DNA of 64,000 bases, taken from positions 224,001 to 288,000 of the forward strand of contig CAWFDF010000004.1 of assembly GCA_963814585.1 (NCBI GenBank). The letters run 5' to 3'. This DNA is from an uncultured delta proteobacterium. Lineage in GTDB: Bacteria; Myxococcota; Myxococcia; Myxococcales; Anaeromyxobacteraceae. Below are positions 9,971-18,275 of the stretch, piece by piece. The notes beneath the pieces are model-generated. The model was not told where the DNA came from. It saw only the letters and a list, made by a program, of their open reading frames with translations, and did no database searches. How positions within the stretch are numbered: position 1 is the stretch's first letter; each line of letters starts with the position of its first letter. The translations under genes and the position numbers were made by a program.

Positions 9971-10558
9971 CTACTTGGCGGGCGGGGCCGCCTTCACCAG
10001 CTCGGCCTCGATGGTGATGGTGACGGCGTCACTGACCACCGCGTCGGGACCGTAGCTGACGCCGAAGTCCTTGCGGTTGAGCTTGGTGGTGGCCGAGACG
10101 GCGCGCCGGGAGAGTCCGTAGGGGTCCTTGATCTCCTTGGTCGGGCCGGTCACGTCGAGCACCACCGCCTTGGTGACGCCCCTCATGGTCAGGTCGCCCG
10201 TCACCTTGAGCCCCTCGCCGGCCTTCTCGACCTTGGTGGACTTGAAGGTGATGGTGGGGAACCTGGCGGTGTCGAAGAAGTCGGGCGACCGGAGGTGGGT
10301 GTCGCGCTTCTGGTCGCGGGTGCTGACCGAGGCCGCGTCGATGGTGGCCTCGACGGTCGACTTGGTGACGTCGGCCTCGTCGAGGACCACCGTGCCGGTG
10401 GTCTTGTCGAAGTCGCCGCGGACCGACGAGATCATGAAGTGCTTCACGGTGAAGCCGGCCTGGGTGTGCGAGGTGTCGATGTTCCAGGTGTCGCCGGCGA
10501 GGGCGAAGGCGGGGAGGGCGACGAGGGCGACGGCGAGGCTGCGGACGATGCGGTTCAT
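9971..10558 (-). CDS. YceI family periplasmic lipid/polyisoprenoid-binding protein
   Basis: Signal peptide, WNIDTSHT, RDTHLRSPDFFD, GDLTMRGVTK, NRKDFG. Confidence 0.93.
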   Translation of the reverse strand: MNRIVRSLAVALVALPAFALAGDTWNIDTSHTQAGFTVKHFMISSVRGDFDKTTGTVVLDEADVTKSTVEATIDAASVSTRDQKRDTHLRSPDFFDTARFPTITFKSTKVEKAGEGLKVTGDLTMRGVTKAVVLDVTGPTKEIKDPYGLSRRAVSATTKLNRKDFGVSYGPDAVVSDAVTITIEAELVKAAPPAK

Positions 10559-10627
10559 GGGTGCTGCTCCTTGGACTGGGTTGCGACTGCGGTGGTTCGG
10601 GACGTCGGTGGGACTGCGGCGCGCCCG

Positions 10628-11431
10628 TCAGGCCGTGGCCGGGCGGAACGCGAAGGTGCGGAGGCTCAAGGTGGCGTGGGCGAAGCCGGCGAAGATGGTC
10701 TCGGGCCGCTCCCCCGGCCAGGCGGCGCCGAGCGCCACCAGCAGCGGGTCGAAGTGCTCGCTGGACGGGTGGGCCCGCGCCGGGCCGGGGGCCAGCCGCT
10801 GCCAGCGGACCAGCGCCTCCCGCTCCTGCAGCTCGGCCCGCTCCCAGGCCCAGCGGTCGAAGTCGACGGCCCACGCCGCCGGCGTGGCGTCCTGGTGGGC
10901 GAGGTCGAGGTCGCCGAGGTTGTGCACCAGGCCCCCGCTGGCCACCAGCAGCACGCCCTCGTCGCGCAGCGGCCGCAGCGCCTCGCCGAAGCCGACCAGC
11001 GCCTCGGGCGGCAGCGCCGGCAGCGCCACCTGGATCACCGGGATCGAGGCGTCGGGGAGCGCCAGCCGCAGCGGCACCCAGGCGCCATGGTCGAGGCCGC
11101 GGGTCGGGCTGACCACCGCCGGGACGCCGGCGCCGGAGAGGTGCGTGGCGATCCGGGCGGCCCGGCGCGGCTCGCCCGGGACGTCGTAGCGGAGCCGGTA
11201 GAGCGGCTCGGGAAAGCCGGAGAAGTCGTGGATGGTCCCGGGCCGGGCGGCCCCCGTGACCCCGACCGGCCCGCGCGCCTGCCAGTGGGCCGACACCACG
11301 GCGATGGCGGAGGGGCGGGCCGCGCCCGTGAGGGCGTCGCCGAAGCGGCGCAGCGAGGCCGCGTACGGTCCGGCGTCGAGCGCCACCGTGGGGGCGCCGT
11401 GCGAGACGAAGACCACCGGCTGGCGGGTCAT
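10628..11431 (-). CDS. LigB/DODA-type (YgiD-like) extradiol ring-cleavage dioxygenase
   Basis: FVSHGAP, VSAHW, HDFSGFP, GLDHGAWVPL, SGGLVHNL, AHPSSEHFDPL. Confidence 0.92.
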   Translation of the reverse strand: MTRQPVVFVSHGAPTVALDAGPYAASLRRFGDALTGAARPSAIAVVSAHWQARGPVGVTGAARPGTIHDFSGFPEPLYRLRYDVPGEPRRAARIATHLSGAGVPAVVSPTRGLDHGAWVPLRLALPDASIPVIQVALPALPPEALVGFGEALRPLRDEGVLLVASGGLVHNLGDLDLAHQDATPAAWAVDFDRWAWERAELQEREALVRWQRLAPGPARAHPSSEHFDPLLVALGAAWPGERPETIFAGFAHATLSLRTFAFRPATA

Positions 11432-11790
11432 GGCGCGCCTCCGCCTCGTCCCGCGGCGCTGGCCCGGCCCTGGCTCCGCCGCCTGGCGCCGATGGCCCGC
11501 CCGGCCGGCGCGAAGACCCGGATCAGCTCACCCGCCCAGCCGGCCAGCGCCCCCGGCACGACCCGGTAGTGGTGGAACTGCCCGCTCCGCCTCACCGCCA
11601 CCAGCCCCGCGGCGACCAGCACCTTGAGGTGGTGCGAGATGGTGGCCTGCGACACCGGGAAGGCCCGGACCAGGTCGGCGCAGGAGTGCTCCGGGACCAT
11701 GGCGATGGCCAGCAGCAGCTCCAGCCGGGTCTGGTCGGAGAGGGCCTTGGCGACGCTGGCGACCCGGGCGGTGGAGGCGTTCATCGACAT
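11428..11790 (-). CDS. ArsR/SmtB family transcriptional regulator
   Basis: KALSDQTRLELL...SQATISHHLKVLVAAGLV; ATGA overlap with the dioxygenase gene. Confidence 0.92.
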   Translation of the reverse strand: MSMNASTARVASVAKALSDQTRLELLLAIAMVPEHSCADLVRAFPVSQATISHHLKVLVAAGLVAVRRSGQFHHYRVVPGALAGWAGELIRVFAPAGRAIGARRRSQGRASAAGRGGGAP

Positions 11791-11806
11791 ATCGATGAGC
11801 GTCTAT
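11781..11806. promoter_or_regulatory. Candidate ArsR autoregulatory operator
   Basis: Perfect 7-4-7 inverted repeat TCATCGA-cata-TCGATGA (11781-11798) over the start codon, plus the overlapping imperfect palindrome ATCGAT-gagc-GTCTAT. Confidence 0.5.
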
Positions 11807-11886
11807 CTAAGGCCCCCGCCGCCCGGCGCCATCCCATCGACATGCCCCGTCGGGCGATACCTGCAACCGTGCGGGACGACTGGGGA

Positions 11887-12987
11887 TCAGCGCCGCAGGA
11901 ACCGCTCCAGGAGCCGGTAGCCACGCGCCAGCGCCGCCACCTCGACCCACTCGCCCCGCTGGTGCGCCTGCGCGGTCGCGCCCGGCCCGAAGTTGACCGC
12001 GCGGACGCCGTGCACCGCCAGCCGGGCCACGTCGGTCCAGGCCTGCTTCGGCTCGGCGGCCGCCCCGGTCCGCGCCAGGAGCCGCTGCACCAGCGGATGA
12101 TCGCTCCAGGCCGGACAGGCCGGCGAGCGGTCGTTGAGCGTCACCGAGGCGCCGTGCCGCTCCGCCAGCGCCGTCAGCTCCCCGGCCGCCTGCTCCAGCG
12201 TCTTGTCGGGCGCGAAGCGGAAGTTGAGGTTGAGCGCGCAGCGATCCGGCACCACGTTGCGAGCGTGGCCGCCGTCGATGCGGGTGCAGGTGATCACCTC
12301 GCGGAAGACCTGCCCGCCGCTGACCGCCTCCCGCGGCGGCCGCGCCGCCAGCTCGGCCAGCAGCATCCCGGCCCGGTGCACGGCGTTCTCCCCCTGCCAC
12401 GGCCGGGCCGAGTGCGCCGAGCGGCCGTGGAAGGTGACGGTGGCGTGGATCGAGCCGACACAGCCGAGCTGCACCACGTTGTCGGTCGGCTCGAGGCAGA
12501 GCGCCAGCTCGGCCTGCCTCACCTCGGGCGCCCCGGCCAGCACCGCCTCCAGCTCGTTCTCGAGGTACGGCCCCTCCTCGCGGGCGTAGAGGACCAGCAG
12601 GAGATCGCAGAACCGATCCCCGCCGGGCAGCGCCTCGGCCAGCGCCATCATCACCGCCAGCCCGCCCTTCATGTCCGAGGCGCCCGGCGCCACCAGCCGC
12701 GCCCCGTCGCGGCGCGGCCCGCCGCGATCCTCGGCGTGCACCGGCACGGTGTCGAGGTGGCCGCAGAGCGCCAGCAGCGGGCGGCCGGGCCGGGCCATGG
12801 CGCCGTCCACCCCCACCACCAGCGAGTCCTTGATCCGGCGAACGTGCGGGAAGCGGCCCGTGGCCCAGGCCTGGACCTGGTCGCAGAGCCTGCGCTCCTC
12901 GCCGATGGGCGAGAGGACGCCGCACAGCGCGGCGGTCCGCGCCCCCAGCGCCTCGGCCAGCGCCTGGTCGGCCGCGGCCTCGCTCAC
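11887..12987 (-). CDS. dapE: Succinyl-diaminopimelate desuccinylase
   Basis: M20 motifs GHLDTVP, GASDMKGG, EEG, LEPT, HSARPW, WTD, AHQRGE; GTGA-coupled to dapD. Confidence 0.92.
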   Translation of the reverse strand: MSEAAADQALAEALGARTAALCGVLSPIGEERRLCDQVQAWATGRFPHVRRIKDSLVVGVDGAMARPGRPLLALCGHLDTVPVHAEDRGGPRRDGARLVAPGASDMKGGLAVMMALAEALPGGDRFCDLLLVLYAREEGPYLENELEAVLAGAPEVRQAELALCLEPTDNVVQLGCVGSIHATVTFHGRSAHSARPWQGENAVHRAGMLLAELAARPPREAVSGGQVFREVITCTRIDGGHARNVVPDRCALNLNFRFAPDKTLEQAAGELTALAERHGASVTLNDRSPACPAWSDHPLVQRLLARTGAAAEPKQAWTDVARLAVHGVRAVNFGPGATAQAHQRGEWVEVAALARGYRLLERFLRR

Positions 12988-13808
12988 ACCTGCACCTCGA
13001 AGTCGCGCAGCGCCTCGTTGAGCGAGACCTTCTTGTCGGTGGAGGCGCTCCGCCGACCGACGATGAGGGCGCAGGGGATCTGGTAGACGCCGGCCGGGTA
13101 CTTCTTCGGCCTCGTCCCCGGGATCACCACCGAGCGGGCCGGGACCCGCCCCTTGTGCACCACCTCCTCCTGGCCGGTCACGTCGATGATGGGCGTCGAC
13201 GCGGTGATGCACACGTTGGCCCCCAGCACGGCGTCCTCCTCCACCAGCACCCCCTCGACCAGGATGCAGCGCGAGCCGAGGAAGACCCCGTCCTCGACGA
13301 TGTTGGGCCGGGCGCCGGGTGGCTCGAGCACGCCGCCGATGCCGACCCCCCCGGCGACGTGGACGTTGCGCCCCACCTGGGCGCAGGAGCCGACGGTGGC
13401 CCAGGTGTCCACCATCGAGCCGGCGCCGACGCGGGCCCCGACGTTGACGAAGCCCGGCAGCACCACCACGCCCGGCTCCAGGAAGGCGCCGTAGCGGACG
13501 ATGCCGCCGGGCACCAGCCGCACGCCGGCCGCCTCGAGGTCGTGCTTGAGCGGCACCTTGTCACGGGCCTGGAAGGGCCCGTACTCGTGGACCGCCATGG
13601 GGGAGATGCCGAAGTAGAGGTTGACCGCCTGCATCAGCCAGGCGTTCACCTTCCACTCGCCGTCCCGCTTCTCGGCCACCCGCAGCTGCCCGCGGTCCAG
13701 GCCGGCCATGGCCAGCCGCACCGCCTCGCGGACGGCCCCCTCCTCCAGCCGCTTGCGATCGGCGAAGGCCGCCTCGATCAGCGCCCTCGTCCCCTTCCAG
13801 TCGCTCAT
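12984..13808 (-). CDS. dapD: Tetrahydrodipicolinate N-succinyltransferase
   Basis: LRVAEK...WKVNAW, DKVPLK, MVDTWATVGSCAQVG, GGVGIGGVLEP, KVSLNEALR. Confidence 0.96.
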   Translation of the reverse strand: MSDWKGTRALIEAAFADRKRLEEGAVREAVRLAMAGLDRGQLRVAEKRDGEWKVNAWLMQAVNLYFGISPMAVHEYGPFQARDKVPLKHDLEAAGVRLVPGGIVRYGAFLEPGVVVLPGFVNVGARVGAGSMVDTWATVGSCAQVGRNVHVAGGVGIGGVLEPPGARPNIVEDGVFLGSRCILVEGVLVEEDAVLGANVCITASTPIIDVTGQEEVVHKGRVPARSVVIPGTRPKKYPAGVYQIPCALIVGRRSASTDKKVSLNEALRDFEVQV

Positions 13809-14957
13809 GTCGGAACCCTCCTCCACTGGTCGATGGCCGCCCGGCACTCGTCCAGCGCCGGGACCAGCGCCACCCGCACGTACCCCTCGCCGGCGCCGAA
13901 GGCGGTTCCCGGGGCCACCACGATCCCTGCTTCCAGCAGCCGGAGCGCGTACCCGGCCGCGTCCAGGCCCGCCGGCACCTTCACCCAGAGGTACAGGGTG
14001 GCCTCGCTGCCGTGGACCTCGAGCCCGCGCTCGCGGAAGAAGGCGGCGAAGAGGTCGCGCTTCTGCCTGAAGACGGCGCGGCGCTCGGCGGCGTGGGCGT
14101 CGTCGCCCCAGGCGGCGGTGGCGGCGGCGCTGACGAAGTCGGGCGAGGCGACGCCGGGGTGGGAGCGGAGCCGCTTGAGGATGGCGACCAGGTCCGGGTC
14201 GCCGGCCACGAAGCCGGAGCGGTACCCGGTCATGCCGCTCCGCTTCGAGCAGGAGTGGATGCAGAGGACGTTCTCCACCTGGACCTGGAGCATGGAGAGC
14301 GGCGGCACGCCGAAGTAGACGTCGGCGTAGCACTCGTCGGAGACCACGACGAAGCCGTGGCGCCTGGCGGCGGCGCCGACGCGGATGAGGTAGTCGCGCG
14401 GCGCCATGGCGCCGGTGGGGTTGTGCGGGTAGTTCACCCAGAACAGCAGCGTCCGGTCGAGCACGCCGGGCCCGAGCGCCTCCGGCTCCACCAGGAAGCG
14501 GTTGGCGGCGGTGAGCGCCACCTTGACGGGCTCCAGCCCGGCGAAGCGGGCCCCCACCTCGTAGGTGGGGTAGCCGGGGTCGGGCATCACCACCAGGCGG
14601 CGGGCCGGGTCGCCGCAGAAGGCGAGCGGCAGGTGGAAGATGGCCTCCTTGGCGCCGCTGGCCGGCACCACCTGGGTGTCGGGGTCGACGGTGACGCCGA
14701 AGCGGCGCGCCAGGTAGCCGGTCACGGCGCCGCGCAGGGCCGGGGTGCCGAGCGGGCTCGGGTACTGCGACACCTCGGGCACCGCAGCGCGCAGGGCCTC
14801 CCTCAGGAACGGTGGGGTCGGCTCCTTCGGATCGCCCAGCCCGAAGTCGAAGAGGCGAGCGCCCCTCGGCGCGGAGCCGGGCCTTCCGCTCCTCCAGCGC
14901 CACCATCAGGTTGACCTGCAGCTGCCCCAGGATCGGGTTCTTCGGCGGCGAACGCAC
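13805..14957 (-). pseudogene. dapC: Succinyldiaminopimelate aminotransferase with +1 frameshift (possibly a sequencing error)
   Basis: N-terminus VRSPPKNPILGQL...RLRAEG lies in one frame; ARLFDFGLGDPKEPTP...SQYP...NYPHNPTG...SDECY...SCSKRSGMTGYRSG lies in another. The switch falls in a C4 run at 14862-14865. Confidence 0.85.
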
Positions 14958-15005
14958 CGGTCGAGGATATGCCCAAGCGCCCGAAAACGCATTATAAGCG
15001 CGGTC
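14958..15005. promoter_or_regulatory. Back-to-back divergent -10 elements for dapC and sthA, probably leaderless
   Basis: Minus strand TATCCT (14969-14964) lies 6 nt before the dapC GTG; plus strand TATAAG (14993-14998) lies 7 nt before the sthA ATG; neither gene has a Shine-Dalgarno. Confidence 0.5.
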
Positions 15006-16397
15006 ATGCTGCGCTACGACGTGGTGGTCATCGGCTCGGGTCCCGCAGGGGAGAACGGCGCCATCCAGGCGGCCGCCCTCGGCAAGAAGGTGGCGCTGGT
15101 GGAGAAGGAGGCGGTGCCCGGCGGAGCCTGCGCCAACACCGGCACCATCCCCTCCAAGGCGCTGCGGGAGACCGCGCTGGCCATCAAGCAGGCGCGAAGC
15201 CGCGACGCCCACGGCATCGAGCTCAAGGTGTCCGACACCGTCACCGTCCCCGAGCTGATGGGGCGCCGCGGGCTGGTCACCGCCCGCGAGCACGGCCGCA
15301 TCCGCGACGGCCTGAGCCGCGCCGGCATCGAGTACTTCCGGGGCAAGGCCAGCTTCCAGGATCCCCACACCGTCCGCATCACCACGCCCGGGGGCTTCAG
15401 CTTCCAGGACGTGGCCACCGAGGTGGTGCTGCTGGCCACCGGCACCCGCCCCTTCCACCCGCCGCCGTACGCCTTCGACAACATCTGGGTCTACGACTCG
15501 GACTCGATCCTGCTGCTCGACCGGGTGCCGCGCTCGCTGGCCATCCTCGGCGGCGGGGTGGCCGGCTGCGAGTACGCCTCGATCTTCGCCGCCCTCGGCG
15601 TCCACGTGCACATCGTCGACTCCAAGGACCGGCTGCTGCCCTGGCTGGACGCCGAGCTCTCGCTGGCCATGCAGGAGGCCTTCGTGGAGGGCGGCATCGA
15701 GCTGCACCAGCGGCTGCGGGCCACCAAGGTGGAGCGCGGCGACCGCGACGTGCTGGTCACGCTCTCCACCGGCTCGCGCATCGTGGCCGAGAAGGTGCTG
15801 GTGGCCGGCGGGCGCATCGGCAACGTCGAGTCGCTCAACCTCGCCGCCGCCGGCCTGGAGGCCACCGACAAGGGGATCCTCGAGGTGACGGCCAACTACC
15901 AGACCAAGGTGCCGCACATCTACGCCGCCGGCGACCTGGTCGGCTTCCCCGGGCTGGCCTCGGCCTCGATGGAGCAGGGGCGCATGGCGATGATCCACGC
16001 CTGCGGCGCCGGGCGGAGCCGGCTCTCCGACCTGCTGCCGGTGGGCATCTACACCATCCCCGAGGTCTCCTCGGTGGGCGAGACCGAGGAGTCGCTCTCC
16101 GCCAAGTCCATGTCCTACGTGTCCGGCAAGGCCAGCCTGATGGGCAACGCCCGCGCCAACCTCATCGGCGAGGCCACCGGGTTCGTGAAGATCCTGGCCG
16201 GCCGGGGGGACCGCAAGATCCTCGGCGTCCACTGCATCGGGCCGCACGCCTCCGAGCTGGTCCACCTCGGCCACGCCGTGATGGCGCTGGGCGGCGACCT
16301 CGGCTACTTCGAGCAGGCGGTCTTCAACTACCCGACGCTGGGCGAGGCCTTCAAGTACGCGGCCTTCGACGCGCTGGAGAAAGTGAAGGGCGCCTAG
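15006..16397 (+). CDS. sthA: Soluble pyridine nucleotide transhydrogenase
   Basis: YDVVVIGSGPAG, GGACANTGTIPSKALRE (no second redox Cys), YDSDSIL, GIYTIPEVS, FNYPTLGEAFKYAA. Confidence 0.93.
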   Translation: MLRYDVVVIGSGPAGENGAIQAAALGKKVALVEKEAVPGGACANTGTIPSKALRETALAIKQARSRDAHGIELKVSDTVTVPELMGRRGLVTAREHGRIRDGLSRAGIEYFRGKASFQDPHTVRITTPGGFSFQDVATEVVLLATGTRPFHPPPYAFDNIWVYDSDSILLLDRVPRSLAILGGGVAGCEYASIFAALGVHVHIVDSKDRLLPWLDAELSLAMQEAFVEGGIELHQRLRATKVERGDRDVLVTLSTGSRIVAEKVLVAGGRIGNVESLNLAAAGLEATDKGILEVTANYQTKVPHIYAAGDLVGFPGLASASMEQGRMAMIHACGAGRSRLSDLLPVGIYTIPEVSSVGETEESLSAKSMSYVSGKASLMGNARANLIGEATGFVKILAGRGDRKILGVHCIGPHASELVHLGHAVMALGGDLGYFEQAVFNYPTLGEAFKYAAFDALEKVKGA

Positions 16398-17305
16398 CCG
16401 ATCCTGGCCCGCGCCTGCGAGAGCGCGGCGTGGACCTGCTCCAGCGCCCGCTTGGCGGCGTGGAGCTCCTCGCGGTCGCGCCGCAGCGACTCCAGCTCGG
16501 CGGCCAGCCCGTCCCGCTCGCGCGCCGTCTCGGCCAGCGCCCCCCGCAGCCGGGCGGCGTCGGCGCCGGCCTCGCGCAGCTCCTCGGCCAGCCGCTCCAC
16601 CTCGGCGGCCCGCTCGCTCCGCCCGGCGGCCTCCTCGTCGGCGCGCCGCGACACCTCCTCGAGCAGCCGGGCCCGCTCCTCGTCGATGCCGGCCATGGCC
16701 TGGGCGCGGCGCAGCGCCTCGTCGCGCTCCGCCTCCAGCGCCGCCAGCTCCGAGAGCAGGTCGCCGAGCACGGCCCGCTTCTCCTCCAGCTCGGCCTCCA
16801 CCGCGCCCGTCCGGGCCAGCGCCTCGCGCCCCTCGCCGGCGGTGCGCGCCAGCTCGGCCCGGGAGGCCTCGAGATCGGCCCGCAGCGCCGCCTCGCGCTC
16901 GCGGGCGCCCTCCAGCTCGGCCTCCAGGTCGTGGGCCAGCCCCAGCACCTGCGCGGCGGCGCGCGACGGGTCACCGGGCGCCGGCTCGGTCCGCCGGCGC
17001 GGCCGCGCCGCCTCGGCCACGCGCCGCTTGATCTTGTCGAGCCGCTCCCGGCGGGCCTCCAGGTCGTCGGCCTCGGGGGCGAAGGCCTGCGGCGCGCGGG
17101 TCGCGGCCGGGGCGCTCGCCGCCACCTCCAGCCGGGCCTCGGCGGCCCGGGCCATGGCCGCCAGGGTCGGCGTCTCGGCCAGCGGGGCGCGCACGCCGGG
17201 CGGCGCGTCGTCGACCATCGCCTCCAGCTGCAGCGGCGCGGTCGCGGCGGCGGGCTTGAGGCGGGGCTTCAGCTTGGGGACGTTGGCGTCGAAGGCCTTG
17301 CGCAT
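16394..17305 (-). CDS. pomX: PomX-like ParA-activating coiled-coil protein (division-site positioning)
   Basis: N-terminal MRKAFDANVPKLKPRLK matches the M. xanthus PomX activating peptide as I recall it (MKKAFEQNVSRAKPRLR, K13/R15 kept); long C-terminal coiled coil; follows a ParA gene. Alternative GTG at 17314. Confidence 0.8.
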   Translation of the reverse strand: MRKAFDANVPKLKPRLKPAAATAPLQLEAMVDDAPPGVRAPLAETPTLAAMARAAEARLEVAASAPAATRAPQAFAPEADDLEARRERLDKIKRRVAEAARPRRRTEPAPGDPSRAAAQVLGLAHDLEAELEGAREREAALRADLEASRAELARTAGEGREALARTGAVEAELEEKRAVLGDLLSELAALEAERDEALRRAQAMAGIDEERARLLEEVSRRADEEAAGRSERAAEVERLAEELREAGADAARLRGALAETARERDGLAAELESLRRDREELHAAKRALEQVHAALSQARARIG

Positions 17306-17310
17306 GCTGG

Positions 17311-18267
17311 TCACGCTCCCGCGGCGCCGGAGCGGCTTGGCTCCAGGGCGCCGATGCGATCGAGGATCTCCAGCTGGAGCGCCTCGATGTCGTTCGCCCC
17401 CTTCGAGTCCGGGTCGTACCCGAAGACCGGGCACCCCTCGCTCGAAGCCTGGGCAAACTTGGTGCACTGCCGGACCACGCTCTTCAGCAGGTACTCCCCG
17501 TAGTGGGTCTTCAGGGCGTCGACCGCCTCGCGGGCGATCCGGAAGGTCTGGTTGAAGGCGTTGACGACGATGAAGATGTGCTGGAGCTGGTGGGAGAGGT
17601 CGGTCTCCAGCCCCTGCACGGTCTCGAAGAGCAGGCGCAGGCCGTCGTAGGACAGGAAGTCGGCCAGCACCGGGATGATCAGGTCGTCGGCCGCCATCAG
17701 CGCGTTGAGGTTGAGCAGCCCGAACGACGGCGGCGCGTCGAGCACCACGAAGTCGTAGTGGGGCCGGGCCTCCTGCAGCGCCTTGGCGAGCCGGAACTCG
17801 CGCCCGGCCATGGGCATGAGCGAGAGGTCGATGGTCGACATGGCCAGGTTGGCCGGCACCAGGTCGAGGTTGGGCATCCGGGTGCGGACCGTCACCTCGG
17901 AGACGGGGGTCTTGCGGACCAGCACGTCGAAGAGCGTGGCCTTGGCCTCGCCCCCCTCGTGGCCGAGGCACTTGGTGGCGTGCCCTTGCGAGTCGAGATC
18001 GACCACCAGCACCCGGTAGCCTCGCTCGGCCAGGCGGTACGCGTAGGAGGTGGAGAGGCTGGTCTTGCCGGTGCCGCCCTTGAAATTGAGGAAGAGCTGG
18101 ACGCGCGCCGCGTTGAGCGCCAGGGCCGGCTTCTTCAGCTTCACGCGGAGCTCGGCCAGCACCTCCGGGCCGTAGGCCTCGCGCTTTCCCAGCGCGGCCT
18201 CCACCTGGCGCGGCGTGGCGCCGACGATCTCGGCGAGGCGCCTCATGCTGTAGCGGACGTTCTCCAT
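17311..18267 (-). CDS. pomZ: PomZ-like ParA/MinD ATPase
   Basis: Deviant Walker A FKGGTGKTS, DLDSQGHAT, DAPPS, N-terminal extension; lies between pomY-like and pomX-like genes. Confidence 0.85.
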   Translation of the reverse strand: MENVRYSMRRLAEIVGATPRQVEAALGKREAYGPEVLAELRVKLKKPALALNAARVQLFLNFKGGTGKTSLSTSYAYRLAERGYRVLVVDLDSQGHATKCLGHEGGEAKATLFDVLVRKTPVSEVTVRTRMPNLDLVPANLAMSTIDLSLMPMAGREFRLAKALQEARPHYDFVVLDAPPSFGLLNLNALMAADDLIIPVLADFLSYDGLRLLFETVQGLETDLSHQLQHIFIVVNAFNQTFRIAREAVDALKTHYGEYLLKSVVRQCTKFAQASSEGCPVFGYDPDSKGANDIEALQLEILDRIGALEPSRSGAAGA

Positions 18268-18275
18268 CGTTCCCC

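Noticed and set aside
15006..16397. Dihydrolipoamide dehydrogenase partner for the E2-like gene
   Set aside because: The redox-active CxxxxC is absent (CANTGT), which matches SthA, and the gene is 7 kb away in another operon.
17311..18267. ParA as a sign of a plasmid or prophage partition system
   Set aside because: No parB, replication or phage genes; the flanking genes match pomY and pomX.
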